A stretch of DNA of 64,000 bases from assembly GCA_021787445.1 (NCBI GenBank), contig JAJYLV010000005.1:14083-78082 (forward strand), read 5' to 3'. Of this stretch, positions 13,263-21,328 are shown piece after piece. Position numbers and translations under genes: made by a program. Position 1 is the first letter of the stretch, and the number at the start of each line of letters is the position of its first letter. Under the pieces are notes generated by a model. It had not been told where the DNA came from and searched no databases. It saw only the letters and a program-made list of their open reading frames with translations. The stretch is from Chloroflexota bacterium (GTDB lineage Bacteria > Chloroflexota > Limnocylindria > P2-11E).

Positions 13263-14141
13263 ATGGCCGTCACGCCCGTCCGCGTCGCCGTCATCCCCGC
13301 CGCGGGGCTCGGCACGCGCTTTCTCCCGGTCTCCAAGACGGTCCCGAAGGAGCTCCTCCCGCTCGTCGACGTCCCGATCATCGACAACGTCGTGAGCGAG
13401 GCCGTCGCCGCGGGATGCGAGGAGATCGTCGTCGTCAGCGCGCCGGGCAAGCGCCCTCTCGACGAGTACTTCACGAGCAACGCGCGGCTCGAGGAACGGC
13501 TTCGAGCGGAGAGGCGCGACGCCGACCTCGCGCTCGCGCGCCGCGGCGAGACCATGGCGCGCGTCACCGTCGTGCACCAGGAGAGGCCGCTCGGGAACGG
13601 CCATGCCGTCCTCTGCGCGCGCGAGGCCGTCGGGCGCCGCCCCTTCGTCATGATCTGGGGGGACGACATCGTCCTGTCGGGCGAGCCGGTCGCCGCGCAG
13701 CTCATCCGCGCGCGCGAGCGCCAGGGCGGGGGGAGCGTCGCCGCCGTGATCCGCATGCCGGAGGAGCAGGTCCGCAAGTACGGCGTCGTCGAGGGCGAGC
13801 CGCTCGGCGGCCGGACGTGGCGCCTGCGGCGGATCGTCGAAAAGCCGGAGCATCCGACGACCGACCTCGGGGCCGTCCACGCGTACGTGCTCGAGCCGGA
13901 GATCTTCGACGTGCTCGCGTCGCACCCGGCGGGGCGCGGGGGAGAGATCTGGCTGAGCGAGGCGGTGAGCGTGCTCGCGCAACGCGTGCCCGTCTACGCG
14001 TACGAGCTCGAGGGCGAGCGCTTCGACGCCGGCGACCGCGCCGGCTACGTGAAGGCTGTGATCGCCGCCGCCCTGGGGCGGCCCGACATGGCCGACGAGC
14101 TCCGCGCATGGCTGCGCGAACGCCTCGCGCCTGGCGCGTGA
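13263..14141 (+). CDS. galU: UTP--glucose-1-phosphate uridylyltransferase
   Basis: IPAAGLGTRFLPVSKTVPKELLPLVD nucleotidyltransferase motif; 292 aa. Confidence 0.9.
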   Translation: MAVTPVRVAVIPAAGLGTRFLPVSKTVPKELLPLVDVPIIDNVVSEAVAAGCEEIVVVSAPGKRPLDEYFTSNARLEERLRAERRDADLALARRGETMARVTVVHQERPLGNGHAVLCAREAVGRRPFVMIWGDDIVLSGEPVAAQLIRARERQGGGSVAAVIRMPEEQVRKYGVVEGEPLGGRTWRLRRIVEKPEHPTTDLGAVHAYVLEPEIFDVLASHPAGRGGEIWLSEAVSVLAQRVPVYAYELEGERFDAGDRAGYVKAVIAAALGRPDMADELRAWLRERLAPGA

Positions 14142-15949
14142 GCGACGCGCAGCAGCGCATCCGCAACTTCTGCGTGATCGCGCACGTCGACCACGGGAAG
14201 ACGACGCTGTCGGACCGCCTTCTCGAGCTCACGGGCACCGTCGCCGCGCGCGAGATGCATCCGCTCATGCTCGACTCGATGCCCCTCGAGCGTGAGAAGG
14301 GCATCACGATCAAGGCGCGCGCGGTGCGCATGAGCTGGACGTACGCGGACGAGGCGTACGAGCTGAACCTCATCGACACACCCGGCCACGTCGACTTCAA
14401 CTACGAGGTGAGCCGCTCGCTCGCGGCGTGCGAAGGCGCCGTGCTGCTCGTCGACGTGTCACAGGGGATCGAGGCGCAGACGCTCGCGAACGCGTACCTC
14501 GCGGTCGAGCAGGGCCTCGAGATCATCCCCGTCATCAACAAGGTGGACCTGCCGAACATAGACCTCGAGCTGGTGCGCGAGGATCTGCGCTCGACGCTCG
14601 GCTTCAAGGACGAGGAGATCCTCCTCGCGTCGGGCAAGACCGGCCTCGGCGTGCGCGCGATCCTCGACGCCGTCGTGACGCGCGTCCCGCCTCCGCGCGG
14701 GGACGGTGCGGCGCCCCTGCGCGCGCTCATCTTCGACTCCCACTACGACCAGTACCGCGGCGTCGTCGCGCACGTCCGCGTCGTGGACGGCAGCGTCGCC
14801 GTGGGCGACCGGACACTGCTCATGGCGACGGACAAGGCGAGCGAGCTCCTCGAGCTCGGGATCTTCGCTCCCGACGCGCGCCCGCGCGATCGTCTCCTCA
14901 CCGGCGAGGTCGGGTATCTCGCGACGGGCCTCAAGACCGTGCTGGACTGCCGCGTCGGCGACACCGTGACGTCGGCCGACGCTCCGGCACGCGAGCCGCT
15001 TCACGGCTACCGCCCGGCGAAGCCGATGGTGTTCGCCGGCATCTACCCGACCCGGTCCGACGACCACCCCGCGCTGCGCGACGCGCTCGAGAAGCTGAAG
15101 CTCAACGACGCGTCCTTGGTGTACGAGCCCGAGACGTCACAGGCGCTCGGCTTCGGATTCCGCTGCGGGTTCCTCGGCCTCCTGCACATGGAGATCGTCC
15201 AGGAGCGGCTCGAGCGCGAGTACGACCTCGACATCATCGCGACCGCCCCGTCGGTCGAGTACCAGGTCCTCACCACGCGCGGCGCCGAGGTCCCCATCGA
15301 CAACCCGGCGATGCTCCCCGACCCGACGACGACCGCGGAGGTGCGCGAGCCGTGGATGAAGGTGACGATCATCGTCCCGTCACAGCACGTCGGGCCCGTC
15401 ATGGAGCTGGCGCAGGGGAAGCGCGCCACGCTCGTCGAGATGACGTACGTCGATCCGACGCGGGCGATGCTGCGCTACGACATGCCGCTCAGCGAGGTCA
15501 TCGTGGACTTCTACGATCAGCTGAAGAGCCGCTCGCAGGGGTACGCGTCGCTCGACTACGAGATGGCCGGATACCGCGCGGCGGACGTCGTCCTCCTCGA
15601 GGTGCTCGTCGCGGGCGTGCCCGTCGACGCGCTCTCGACCATCGTGCACCGCGAACGCGCCGCGTACGCCGGCCGGAACCTCGTCACGAAGCTGCGGGGG
15701 CTCATCCCACGGCAGCAGTTCGACGTCCCCATCCAGGCGGCGATCGGCGGGAAGATCGTCTCGCGGGAGACGGTGAAGGCGCTGCGGAAGAACGTCCTCG
15801 CGAAGTGCTACGGCGGCGACATCACGCGGAAGCGCAAGCTGCTCGAGAAGCAGAAGGCCGGCAAGAAGCGCATGAAGATGGTCGGCCAGGTGGAGATCCC
15901 GCAGGAAGCCTTCCTCGCCGTCCTGCGCGCGGACGAGGACGCGCCGTGA
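14138..15949 (+). CDS. lepA: Translation elongation factor 4 (LepA)
   Basis: GTPase motifs AHVDHGKTT, DTPGHVDF and NKVD, plus a LepA C-terminal region. GTG 14138 overlaps the galU TGA. Confidence 0.95.
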   Translation: MSDAQQRIRNFCVIAHVDHGKTTLSDRLLELTGTVAAREMHPLMLDSMPLEREKGITIKARAVRMSWTYADEAYELNLIDTPGHVDFNYEVSRSLAACEGAVLLVDVSQGIEAQTLANAYLAVEQGLEIIPVINKVDLPNIDLELVREDLRSTLGFKDEEILLASGKTGLGVRAILDAVVTRVPPPRGDGAAPLRALIFDSHYDQYRGVVAHVRVVDGSVAVGDRTLLMATDKASELLELGIFAPDARPRDRLLTGEVGYLATGLKTVLDCRVGDTVTSADAPAREPLHGYRPAKPMVFAGIYPTRSDDHPALRDALEKLKLNDASLVYEPETSQALGFGFRCGFLGLLHMEIVQERLEREYDLDIIATAPSVEYQVLTTRGAEVPIDNPAMLPDPTTTAEVREPWMKVTIIVPSQHVGPVMELAQGKRATLVEMTYVDPTRAMLRYDMPLSEVIVDFYDQLKSRSQGYASLDYEMAGYRAADVVLLEVLVAGVPVDALSTIVHRERAAYAGRNLVTKLRGLIPRQQFDVPIQAAIGGKIVSRETVKALRKNVLAKCYGGDITRKRKLLEKQKAGKKRMKMVGQVEIPQEAFLAVLRADEDAP

Positions 15950-16437
15950 GGATCAGGCCGCAGCTCGAGCATCCCGCCCAGGGCATCGCGTCGGCGTTCC
16001 TCCGGGCGATCGCCGAGGACGACGCGGTCGCGGTCTTCGAGCGGCTGTCGCAGCGGACGCGCGGGCTGCTCGAGGGGCTGCACGCCGCGCGCAGCGGCGG
16101 CGTGCTCGCCTCGGACCGCGACGTCGCGGCGGTCGTCGCGCCGCTGCGCGCGTCCGTCGTCGCGACCCTCGGCGGCGTCGAGCGGATCGGCCGCTTCGGC
16201 GTATCGGGCGCGCGCGTCGTGGACCGGCACACGGCATACGTCCTCCTCCTTCCCGACGTCGAGAAGGAGGGCCTCCTGCGGCCCGAGGACTGGCGCCCCG
16301 CGCACCTTCTCGCCTTCGTGCAGGAGTCGAGCGCCCGCGGCGGCCCCGGAGGAGCGGAGTGGGTCGTCGACCTCGAGCGCACCGCGGCGCTCTCCGCGGA
16401 CGCGGAGCTCCCGGATCCCCTGGGAAGCGTCGCGTGA
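15946..16437 (+). CDS. Hypothetical protein (163 aa) inserted between lepA and hemW
   Basis: High-GC3 ORF. GTG 15946 overlaps the lepA TGA, and its own TGA overlaps hemW GTG 16434. No recognised motif. Confidence 0.65.
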   Translation: MRIRPQLEHPAQGIASAFLRAIAEDDAVAVFERLSQRTRGLLEGLHAARSGGVLASDRDVAAVVAPLRASVVATLGGVERIGRFGVSGARVVDRHTAYVLLLPDVEKEGLLRPEDWRPAHLLAFVQESSARGGPGGAEWVVDLERTAALSADAELPDPLGSVA

Positions 16438-17597
16438 GGGGCATCTCGCTCTACGTCCACCTGCCCTTCTGCGCCGCGCGCTGCCCGTACTGCGACTTCG
16501 CGACGGCGCCGGCGTCGTCGGCGCTCCGCGCGCGGTACCTCGGGGCCCTCGCTACGGAGATCGCGCGCGAAGGGGCGGCGCTCGGACGGCCGCGCCTGCG
16601 CACGATCTTCGTCGGAGGCGGCACGCCGAGCCTCCTCGATCCGCCCGAGGTCGCGCGTCTCGACGCGGCGCTCCGCGCGGGCTTCGCCCATCGGCCGCGG
16701 CCGCGCGAGGTCACGGTCGAGGCGAACCCGGCGACGCTCGATCGTGCGCGCCTCGAGGCCTGGCGCGAGCTCGGTGTCACGCGCCTCTCGCTCGGCGCCC
16801 AGTCGCTGTCGGCGCGCGGCCTGCGCGCGCTCGGGCGCACGCACCAGCCGGAGGACGTCCCGGCGGCGGTGGAGGCCGCGCGGTCGCTCGGCCTCCGCGT
16901 CGCGATCGACCTCATCTTCGGCTGGCCCGGCCAGTCGGTCGGCGAGTGGCGCGAGGACCTCGACACGGCGGTGGCCCTGGGGCCCGACCACCTGTCGTGC
17001 TACCCCCTCGAGCTCGAGCTGGAGCCCGAGGCGAGCATCGCGAACTGGCCCGGCGCGGGCTGGAAAGGGCTCGAACGCTGGAGGAGGACCGCTGCGGCTT
17101 GCCAGCCCGACGACCGCGGCCTGGCCGTTCTCTACGCGGTCGCCCAGCGCTACCTGGCTCGCGCCGGCTACCGCCACTACGAGATCTCGAACTGGGCGCG
17201 AGAGGGCTCCATCTGCCTCCACAACAGCACCTACTGGCGCAACGGGCCCTGGCTCGGCGTCGGCGCGGGGGCGCACTCGCACCTGGGCGGCGTCCGCTCC
17301 TGCCGGCCGGTCTCGCTCGCGCGCTACATCGGCGACATCGAGCGGGACGCTCCGCGCATCGTCGACCAGGGCGCCGACGAGACCGTCGACGCGGCGATCC
17401 TCGCGCTGCGGCTCGACACCGGGATCGATCTCGCGCGCTTCGCCCTGAGGCGCGGCGCCGACGCGCGCGAGCGCGTCGCGCGGGCGCTCGGCGCGACGGG
17501 GGTCGTCGGCCTGGTGCGCTGGTCGGGCGACCGCGTGACGCTCACGCCGCGGGGCCGCATCCTCGCGAGCGAGGTGTTCGTTCAGCTGATCCCGTGA
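16434..17597 (+). CDS. hemW: Radical SAM family heme chaperone HemW (HemN-like)
   Basis: LYVHLPFCAARCPYCDF radical SAM CxxxCxxC motif, about 387 aa, in the conserved position after lepA. Confidence 0.88.
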   Translation: MRGISLYVHLPFCAARCPYCDFATAPASSALRARYLGALATEIAREGAALGRPRLRTIFVGGGTPSLLDPPEVARLDAALRAGFAHRPRPREVTVEANPATLDRARLEAWRELGVTRLSLGAQSLSARGLRALGRTHQPEDVPAAVEAARSLGLRVAIDLIFGWPGQSVGEWREDLDTAVALGPDHLSCYPLELELEPEASIANWPGAGWKGLERWRRTAAACQPDDRGLAVLYAVAQRYLARAGYRHYEISNWAREGSICLHNSTYWRNGPWLGVGAGAHSHLGGVRSCRPVSLARYIGDIERDAPRIVDQGADETVDAAILALRLDTGIDLARFALRRGADARERVARALGATGVVGLVRWSGDRVTLTPRGRILASEVFVQLIP

Positions 17598-17705
17598 CGG
17601 CGGCATCCGTCGAGGCGGAGCCTCCTCATCGTCCCTTGCGTGCGTCGCGCGGACGCGTTATGCCTTGCGCGCTGAACGGCACCGATGCTCATTGTGGGAG
17701 GCGAC

Positions 17706-18077
17706 ATGCAGGACGAGACCAGCGGAACGAACTGGGGCCAAGGAGCGCAAGAGCCCGGATCGATATGGCCCGCGCCGCAGCCCCCGCTGCCGACCCCGCC
17801 GATGCCCGCGTCGCCCGCGCCGCGGCCCAAGGGCCGCAAGTCCACCGCGCGCAAGAAGACGACAGCGCGGAAGAGCACGGGGCGGCGCAAGACCACCCCT
17901 CGCAAGAAGACGACCGCGCGCAAGAAGACGACCGCGCGGAAGAGCACGGGGCGGCGCAAGGCCGCGGCACGCACGAGCGCTGGGCGCAAGACGACACGCA
18001 AGACGGCGCGCCGGGCGACGGCCCGCAAGGGGACGCGGAAGTCGACGCGTAAGAGCACCCGTCGCCGGCGGACGTAG
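17706..18077 (+). CDS. Highly basic Lys/Arg/Thr-rich, histone-H1-like low-complexity protein (123 aa)
   Basis: ATG 17706 lies 4 nt after GGGAGG. Pro-rich N-terminus, then KKTTARK/STGRRK repeats, followed by an intrinsic terminator. Confidence 0.7.
   Translation: MQDETSGTNWGQGAQEPGSIWPAPQPPLPTPPMPASPAPRPKGRKSTARKKTTARKSTGRRKTTPRKKTTARKKTTARKSTGRRKAAARTSAGRKTTRKTARRATARKGTRKSTRKSTRRRRT
17852..17960 (+). repeat. In-frame internal duplication (69-nt period) within the basic protein gene
   Basis: About 40 nt at 17852..17891 recur at 17921..17960. The core GCGCGGAAGAGCACGGGGCGGCGCAAG is identical at 17865..17891 and 17934..17960. Confidence 0.8.
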
Positions 18078-18102
18078 CCCCATCGAGCCGAAGAGCTGAA
18101 GG

Positions 18103-18127
18103 AGCCCGCCGACCAGGCGGGCTTTTT
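18103..18127. terminator. Intrinsic terminator hairpin shared by convergent genes
   Basis: AGCCCGCC-GACCA-GGCGGGCT followed by TTTTT on the + strand. An A-run precedes it on the other strand, so it may act bidirectionally. Confidence 0.75.
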
Positions 18128-18136
18128 CAGATCCGG

Positions 18137-18244
18137 CTAGTTCCTCTTGCCCCTACCCATCCCTGGTTTCCGGCCGTGATTCGCGCGCTTCGAGCGCCAG
18201 CCGAGCTTGCCCGTCGTCTTGCGCTTCTTCTGACCCTTGCCCAT
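18137..18244 (-). CDS. 35-aa basic ORF resembling actinobacterial ribosomal protein bL37
   Basis: Not in the ORF track. Sequence MGKGQKKRKTTGKLGWRSKRANHGRKPGMGRGKRN. AAGGTGG lies 5 nt upstream of the ATG. GC3 is much higher than in the overlapping frame. SKRANHGRKP resembles the SKANHGKRP of mycobacterial bL37 (from memory). Confidence 0.55.
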   Translation of the reverse strand: MGKGQKKRKTTGKLGWRSKRANHGRKPGMGRGKRN

Positions 18245-18728
18245 CCGCGCCACCTTCCATCGTGAAGAGCTGGAGCTGCAGGACGCGCGTGGGGGGCGCG
18301 ATGAGCTCCGTCACCAGCCATTGTCCTACGGCCGAGCGTGGGGCATCGGGCGGCAGGCCGAGCTTCGCGCGGACCGCGGCGAGGCGCTTGCGGCCGGTGC
18401 GCTCGTCGACGCCGGCGATCCGGCAGGCCGCGGCGTGCGAGCGCTCGAGGACCTCACGGAGGACGAAGAGCGTGAGGTCCTGCCCGCGCAGGGCATGCCG
18501 TCCGACGAGCTCGCGCAGCCCCGCGCCGAACAGCCCACCGCTCGCGATGCCGGCGCGGATCGCGGCGGCGGCGTCGCCGTCGACGTCCGCGACGCGCAGC
18601 AGCGCGGCCACCTCTCCATCGGGGAGGCGGCGGATCGCGCCGAGCTTGTCGAGGAAAGCGCCGACGACGTCGTCCACGGGGCGCCCAATGATGCACCGTG
18701 TGTCCAGCGGCGGTACCGTTCGCCGCAT
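18153..18728 (-). CDS. Hypothetical protein with a sigma-70 region-4-like helix-turn-helix
   Basis: High GC3 in the body. LTLFVLREVLERSHAAACRIAGVDERTGRKRLAAVRAKLG resembles region 4.2. The start is uncertain (ATG 18728 or GTG 18677). The last ~30 codons overlap the bL37-like ORF and have poor GC3. Confidence 0.55.
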   Translation of the reverse strand: MRRTVPPLDTRCIIGRPVDDVVGAFLDKLGAIRRLPDGEVAALLRVADVDGDAAAAIRAGIASGGLFGAGLRELVGRHALRGQDLTLFVLREVLERSHAAACRIAGVDERTGRKRLAAVRAKLGLPPDAPRSAVGQWLVTELIAPPTRVLQLQLFTMEGGADGQGSEEAQDDGQARLALEARESRPETRDG

Positions 18729-19458
18729 GCCCGACGCCGCGATCGCCGAACGGCTGCGGCGCTTGCCTCTCTTCGCGCGGCTCTCCGACGAGGAGCTCGC
18801 GGATCTCGCCGCGCGCATCCGGCTGCGCCCGTATCGCCGGTCCGAGGTCATCTTCCGGAAGGATGACCCGGGAACGCACCTCTACCTCGTCCTGGAGGGG
18901 GCGGTGAAGATCTCGCTCCCGGGCGAGTTCGGGCAGGAGGCGCTCGTCGCGATCATGCGCCCGGGCGACTTCTTCGGCGAGCTCGCGCTCTTCGACCGGA
19001 GCCCGCGGTCCGCGAGCGCGGTCGCGCTCGACGACTCGCGAGCGGCGCTCCTCGCGGGGGACGACTTCCTCGGGTTCCTCGAGCGGCATCCGACGGCCGT
19101 GCGCGTCGTCCTCGAGACGCTCGCGCGCACCATCCGGCGGCTCTCCGACCGGGTCGAGCACCTGACCTTCCTCGACGTGCCGAGCCGCGTCGCGAAGTAC
19201 CTCCTCGACCTCGCGCAGGCGAACGCCGCCGTTCCGGCGGGCGCCGCCGCCGTTCCGGCCGCCGCCGCCGCCGCTCCGGCCGCCGCCGTGCTCGAGCTCA
19301 GCCTCACGCAGGACGAGCTCGCGGCGTTCGTCGGTGCGTCGCGCGTCTCGGTGAACCGGGTGCTCGGCGACCTGGAGCGGCGGGAGATCGTCGCCGTGCG
19401 TCGGCGGCGGATCGCCATCAAGGACGCCGACCGGCTGGCGAAGGAGATCCGCTACTGA
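18727..19458 (+). CDS. Crp/Fnr family transcriptional regulator
   Basis: cNMP-binding domain (LFARLSDEELADLA..., FFGELALFD) and a C-terminal HTH (LTQDELAAFVGASRVSVNRVLGDLE). Confidence 0.9.
   Translation: MPDAAIAERLRRLPLFARLSDEELADLAARIRLRPYRRSEVIFRKDDPGTHLYLVLEGAVKISLPGEFGQEALVAIMRPGDFFGELALFDRSPRSASAVALDDSRAALLAGDDFLGFLERHPTAVRVVLETLARTIRRLSDRVEHLTFLDVPSRVAKYLLDLAQANAAVPAGAAAVPAAAAAAPAAAVLELSLTQDELAAFVGASRVSVNRVLGDLERREIVAVRRRRIAIKDADRLAKEIRY
19223..19291 (+). repeat. In-frame GCC-rich imperfect tandem repeat encoding an Ala/Pro tract inside crp
   Basis: GCCGCCGTTCCGGC-type units occur about three times and encode AAVPAGAAAVPAAAAAAPAAAV, between the cNMP domain and the HTH. Confidence 0.7.
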
Positions 19459-19892
19459 TGCCCAGGAAGAGGCCGCTCGTCCTCATCGTCGAGGATGACG
19501 CGGACCTGGGGCTCTCGATCGTCGAGTACCTGAAGGACGAGGGGCTGGACGCGAAGCTCGCGCGCGACGGCGACCAGGCGATGCGCATGGTCGACGCGCT
19601 CTCGCCGGCGGTCGTCGTGCTCGACCTCATGATGCCCAGGCGCGACGGCTTCAGCGTCCTGCGCGAGCTCCGCTCCGACGGGCGCATCGCGGCTTTGCCG
19701 GTGATCGTGGTGACGGCGATCTTCGGGCTCTCGGAGCGCCTCTACGCGACGGAGCTCGGCGCCGCCGATTACGTGACGAAGCCGTTCAAGCTCGACGAGC
19801 TGCTGTCACGGATCGTCGGGCTGCTTCCCGCCGACGCGCGCCCGGCCGGAGCGGGGGAGCAGGCGTCCGAGCGCGGCGAGCCGACGTCTTGA
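19458..19892 (+). CDS. Stand-alone response regulator receiver (CheY-like)
   Basis: LVLIVEDD, VVVLDLMMPRRDG and TKPF receiver motifs with no output domain. The ATG overlaps the crp TGA by 1 nt. Confidence 0.88.
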   Translation: MPRKRPLVLIVEDDADLGLSIVEYLKDEGLDAKLARDGDQAMRMVDALSPAVVVLDLMMPRRDGFSVLRELRSDGRIAALPVIVVTAIFGLSERLYATELGAADYVTKPFKLDELLSRIVGLLPADARPAGAGEQASERGEPTS

Positions 19893-19918
19893 CGCTGACG
19901 CCGAGGGCCTGATAGCCT
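19889..19918 (+). promoter_or_regulatory. Candidate housekeeping-sigma promoter of the hrcA operon
   Basis: TTGACG (19889..19894), an 18-nt spacer, then TAGCCT (19913..19918), immediately upstream of CIRCE. Confidence 0.5.
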
Positions 19919-19920
19919 CA

Positions 19921-19947
19921 TTAGCACTCCCGAGGGGAGAGTGCTAA
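19921..19947 (+). promoter_or_regulatory. CIRCE operator (HrcA binding site)
   Basis: TTAGCACTC-N9-GAGTGCTAA, a perfect match to the CIRCE consensus. Its last base is the A of the hrcA ATG. Confidence 0.92.
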
Positions 19948-20741
19948 TGCCTGATACGACACGCTACGGCCTGCCCGAGCTGGCGCCGCGACAGCGGGAC
20001 ATCCTGCATGCCGTCATACGCGAGCACATCGCGAGCGCGCACCCGGTGGCGTCGGCGACGCTGGTGCGGCGCTACCGCCTCCCGCTGTCTTCGGCGACCG
20101 TGCGCAACGAGCTCGCGACGCTGGAGGAGCTCGGCCTGCTCACCCACCCGCATACCTCGGCCGGGCGCGTACCGACCGACCTCGGCTACCGCTACTTCAT
20201 CGAGAGCCTCATGCCGCGTCCCGACATCGAGGCCGACGAACGGGTCACGCTCAGCCACCAGTTCCGGCAGGCGTCGATCGACATCGCCGACCGCCTCCGC
20301 CTGGCGGCCTCGACGCTCGCGCACCTCACGGCCGAGGCGGCCCTCGCGACCTACGACGGCGCGCCGGAGGCCGAGCGCGTGACGTGGACGCGTGAGATCC
20401 ACTACGAGGGCATCGAGCGCGTGCTGGAGCAGCCGGAGTTCGAGCGCCGCGACCACGTGCGCGAGGTCATGTCGCTCCTGAACGACCGTGCGCTGCTGGC
20501 GCAGGTCCTGCCGGTCTCGCTCGGAGAAGGGGACGTCGCCGTGACGATCGGGGGCGAGCTCGCGATCGAGACGCTGCACGCGTTCGCGCTCGTCGTCGGG
20601 CGGTACGGCGCGCCGGAGCATCCCGCCGGCTACGTCGGCGTCGTCGGGCCGCGCCGCATGGATTACCGCCGGACCATCGGCGCCGTCCGGTACATCGGCG
20701 AGCTCATGAGCGACCTCGTGAGCGCCATCGGAGGTGCGTGA
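19947..20741 (+). CDS. hrcA: Heat-inducible transcription repressor HrcA (short, ~264 aa)
   Basis: N-terminal wHTH (RQRDILHAVIREHIASAHPVASATL...VRNELATLEELGLL..HTSAGRVPTDLGYRYF). Track start GTG 19941; ATG 19947 is preferred. Confidence 0.9.
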   Translation: MPDTTRYGLPELAPRQRDILHAVIREHIASAHPVASATLVRRYRLPLSSATVRNELATLEELGLLTHPHTSAGRVPTDLGYRYFIESLMPRPDIEADERVTLSHQFRQASIDIADRLRLAASTLAHLTAEAALATYDGAPEAERVTWTREIHYEGIERVLEQPEFERRDHVREVMSLLNDRALLAQVLPVSLGEGDVAVTIGGELAIETLHAFALVVGRYGAPEHPAGYVGVVGPRRMDYRRTIGAVRYIGELMSDLVSAIGGA

Positions 20742-21328
20742 TGGACGATCGCACCCGCCGCGCCGAGGAGCTCCTCGAGGAGCGCTCTCACCGCGCGCCC
20801 GAGAGAGCACCCGCCGCCGACGCGCAAGCGGCTGATCTCCAGAACAAGGTGGACGAGCTCACCCGCGACCTGCAGAGGGTCGCGGCCGACTTCGCGAATT
20901 ACCGCCGCCGGAACGAGGCGGAGCGCTCGGACTTCGCGCGCTTCGCGAAGGCGGAGCTCATCGAGAAGCTGCTCGAGGTGCTCGACGGCTTCGACCGCGC
21001 GCTCGAGACGGTGCCGGCGACGTACCGCGAGGAGTCGTGGGTCGAGGGCATCTGGCTCGTCGAGCGGAAGCTGCGCGACATCCTCGCGGCGGAGGGGCTC
21101 GAGGCGATCGGCTCGGTGGGGAAGCCCTTCGACCCCTACGTGCATGAGGCGATCGCGCACGTCGACTCCTCGGAGCCCGAGGGCACCGTCGTCGACGAGG
21201 TGCGCAAGGCCTACAAGCTCCACGACCGCGTCCTGCGGCCGGCCCTCGTGACCGTCGCCAAGGGGCCGCGCGAGGGCGATCACGACAACGACATCCACAC
21301 ACCCGGAAAGGGGAACGGTCATGCCTAA
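20738..21328 (+). CDS. grpE: Nucleotide exchange factor GrpE
   Basis: DFANYRRR motif and a GrpE C-terminal beta domain. GTG 20738 overlaps the hrcA TGA; ATG 20741 is an alternative. Confidence 0.92.
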   Translation: MMDDRTRRAEELLEERSHRAPERAPAADAQAADLQNKVDELTRDLQRVAADFANYRRRNEAERSDFARFAKAELIEKLLEVLDGFDRALETVPATYREESWVEGIWLVERKLRDILAAEGLEAIGSVGKPFDPYVHEAIAHVDSSEPEGTVVDEVRKAYKLHDRVLRPALVTVAKGPREGDHDNDIHTPGKGNGHA

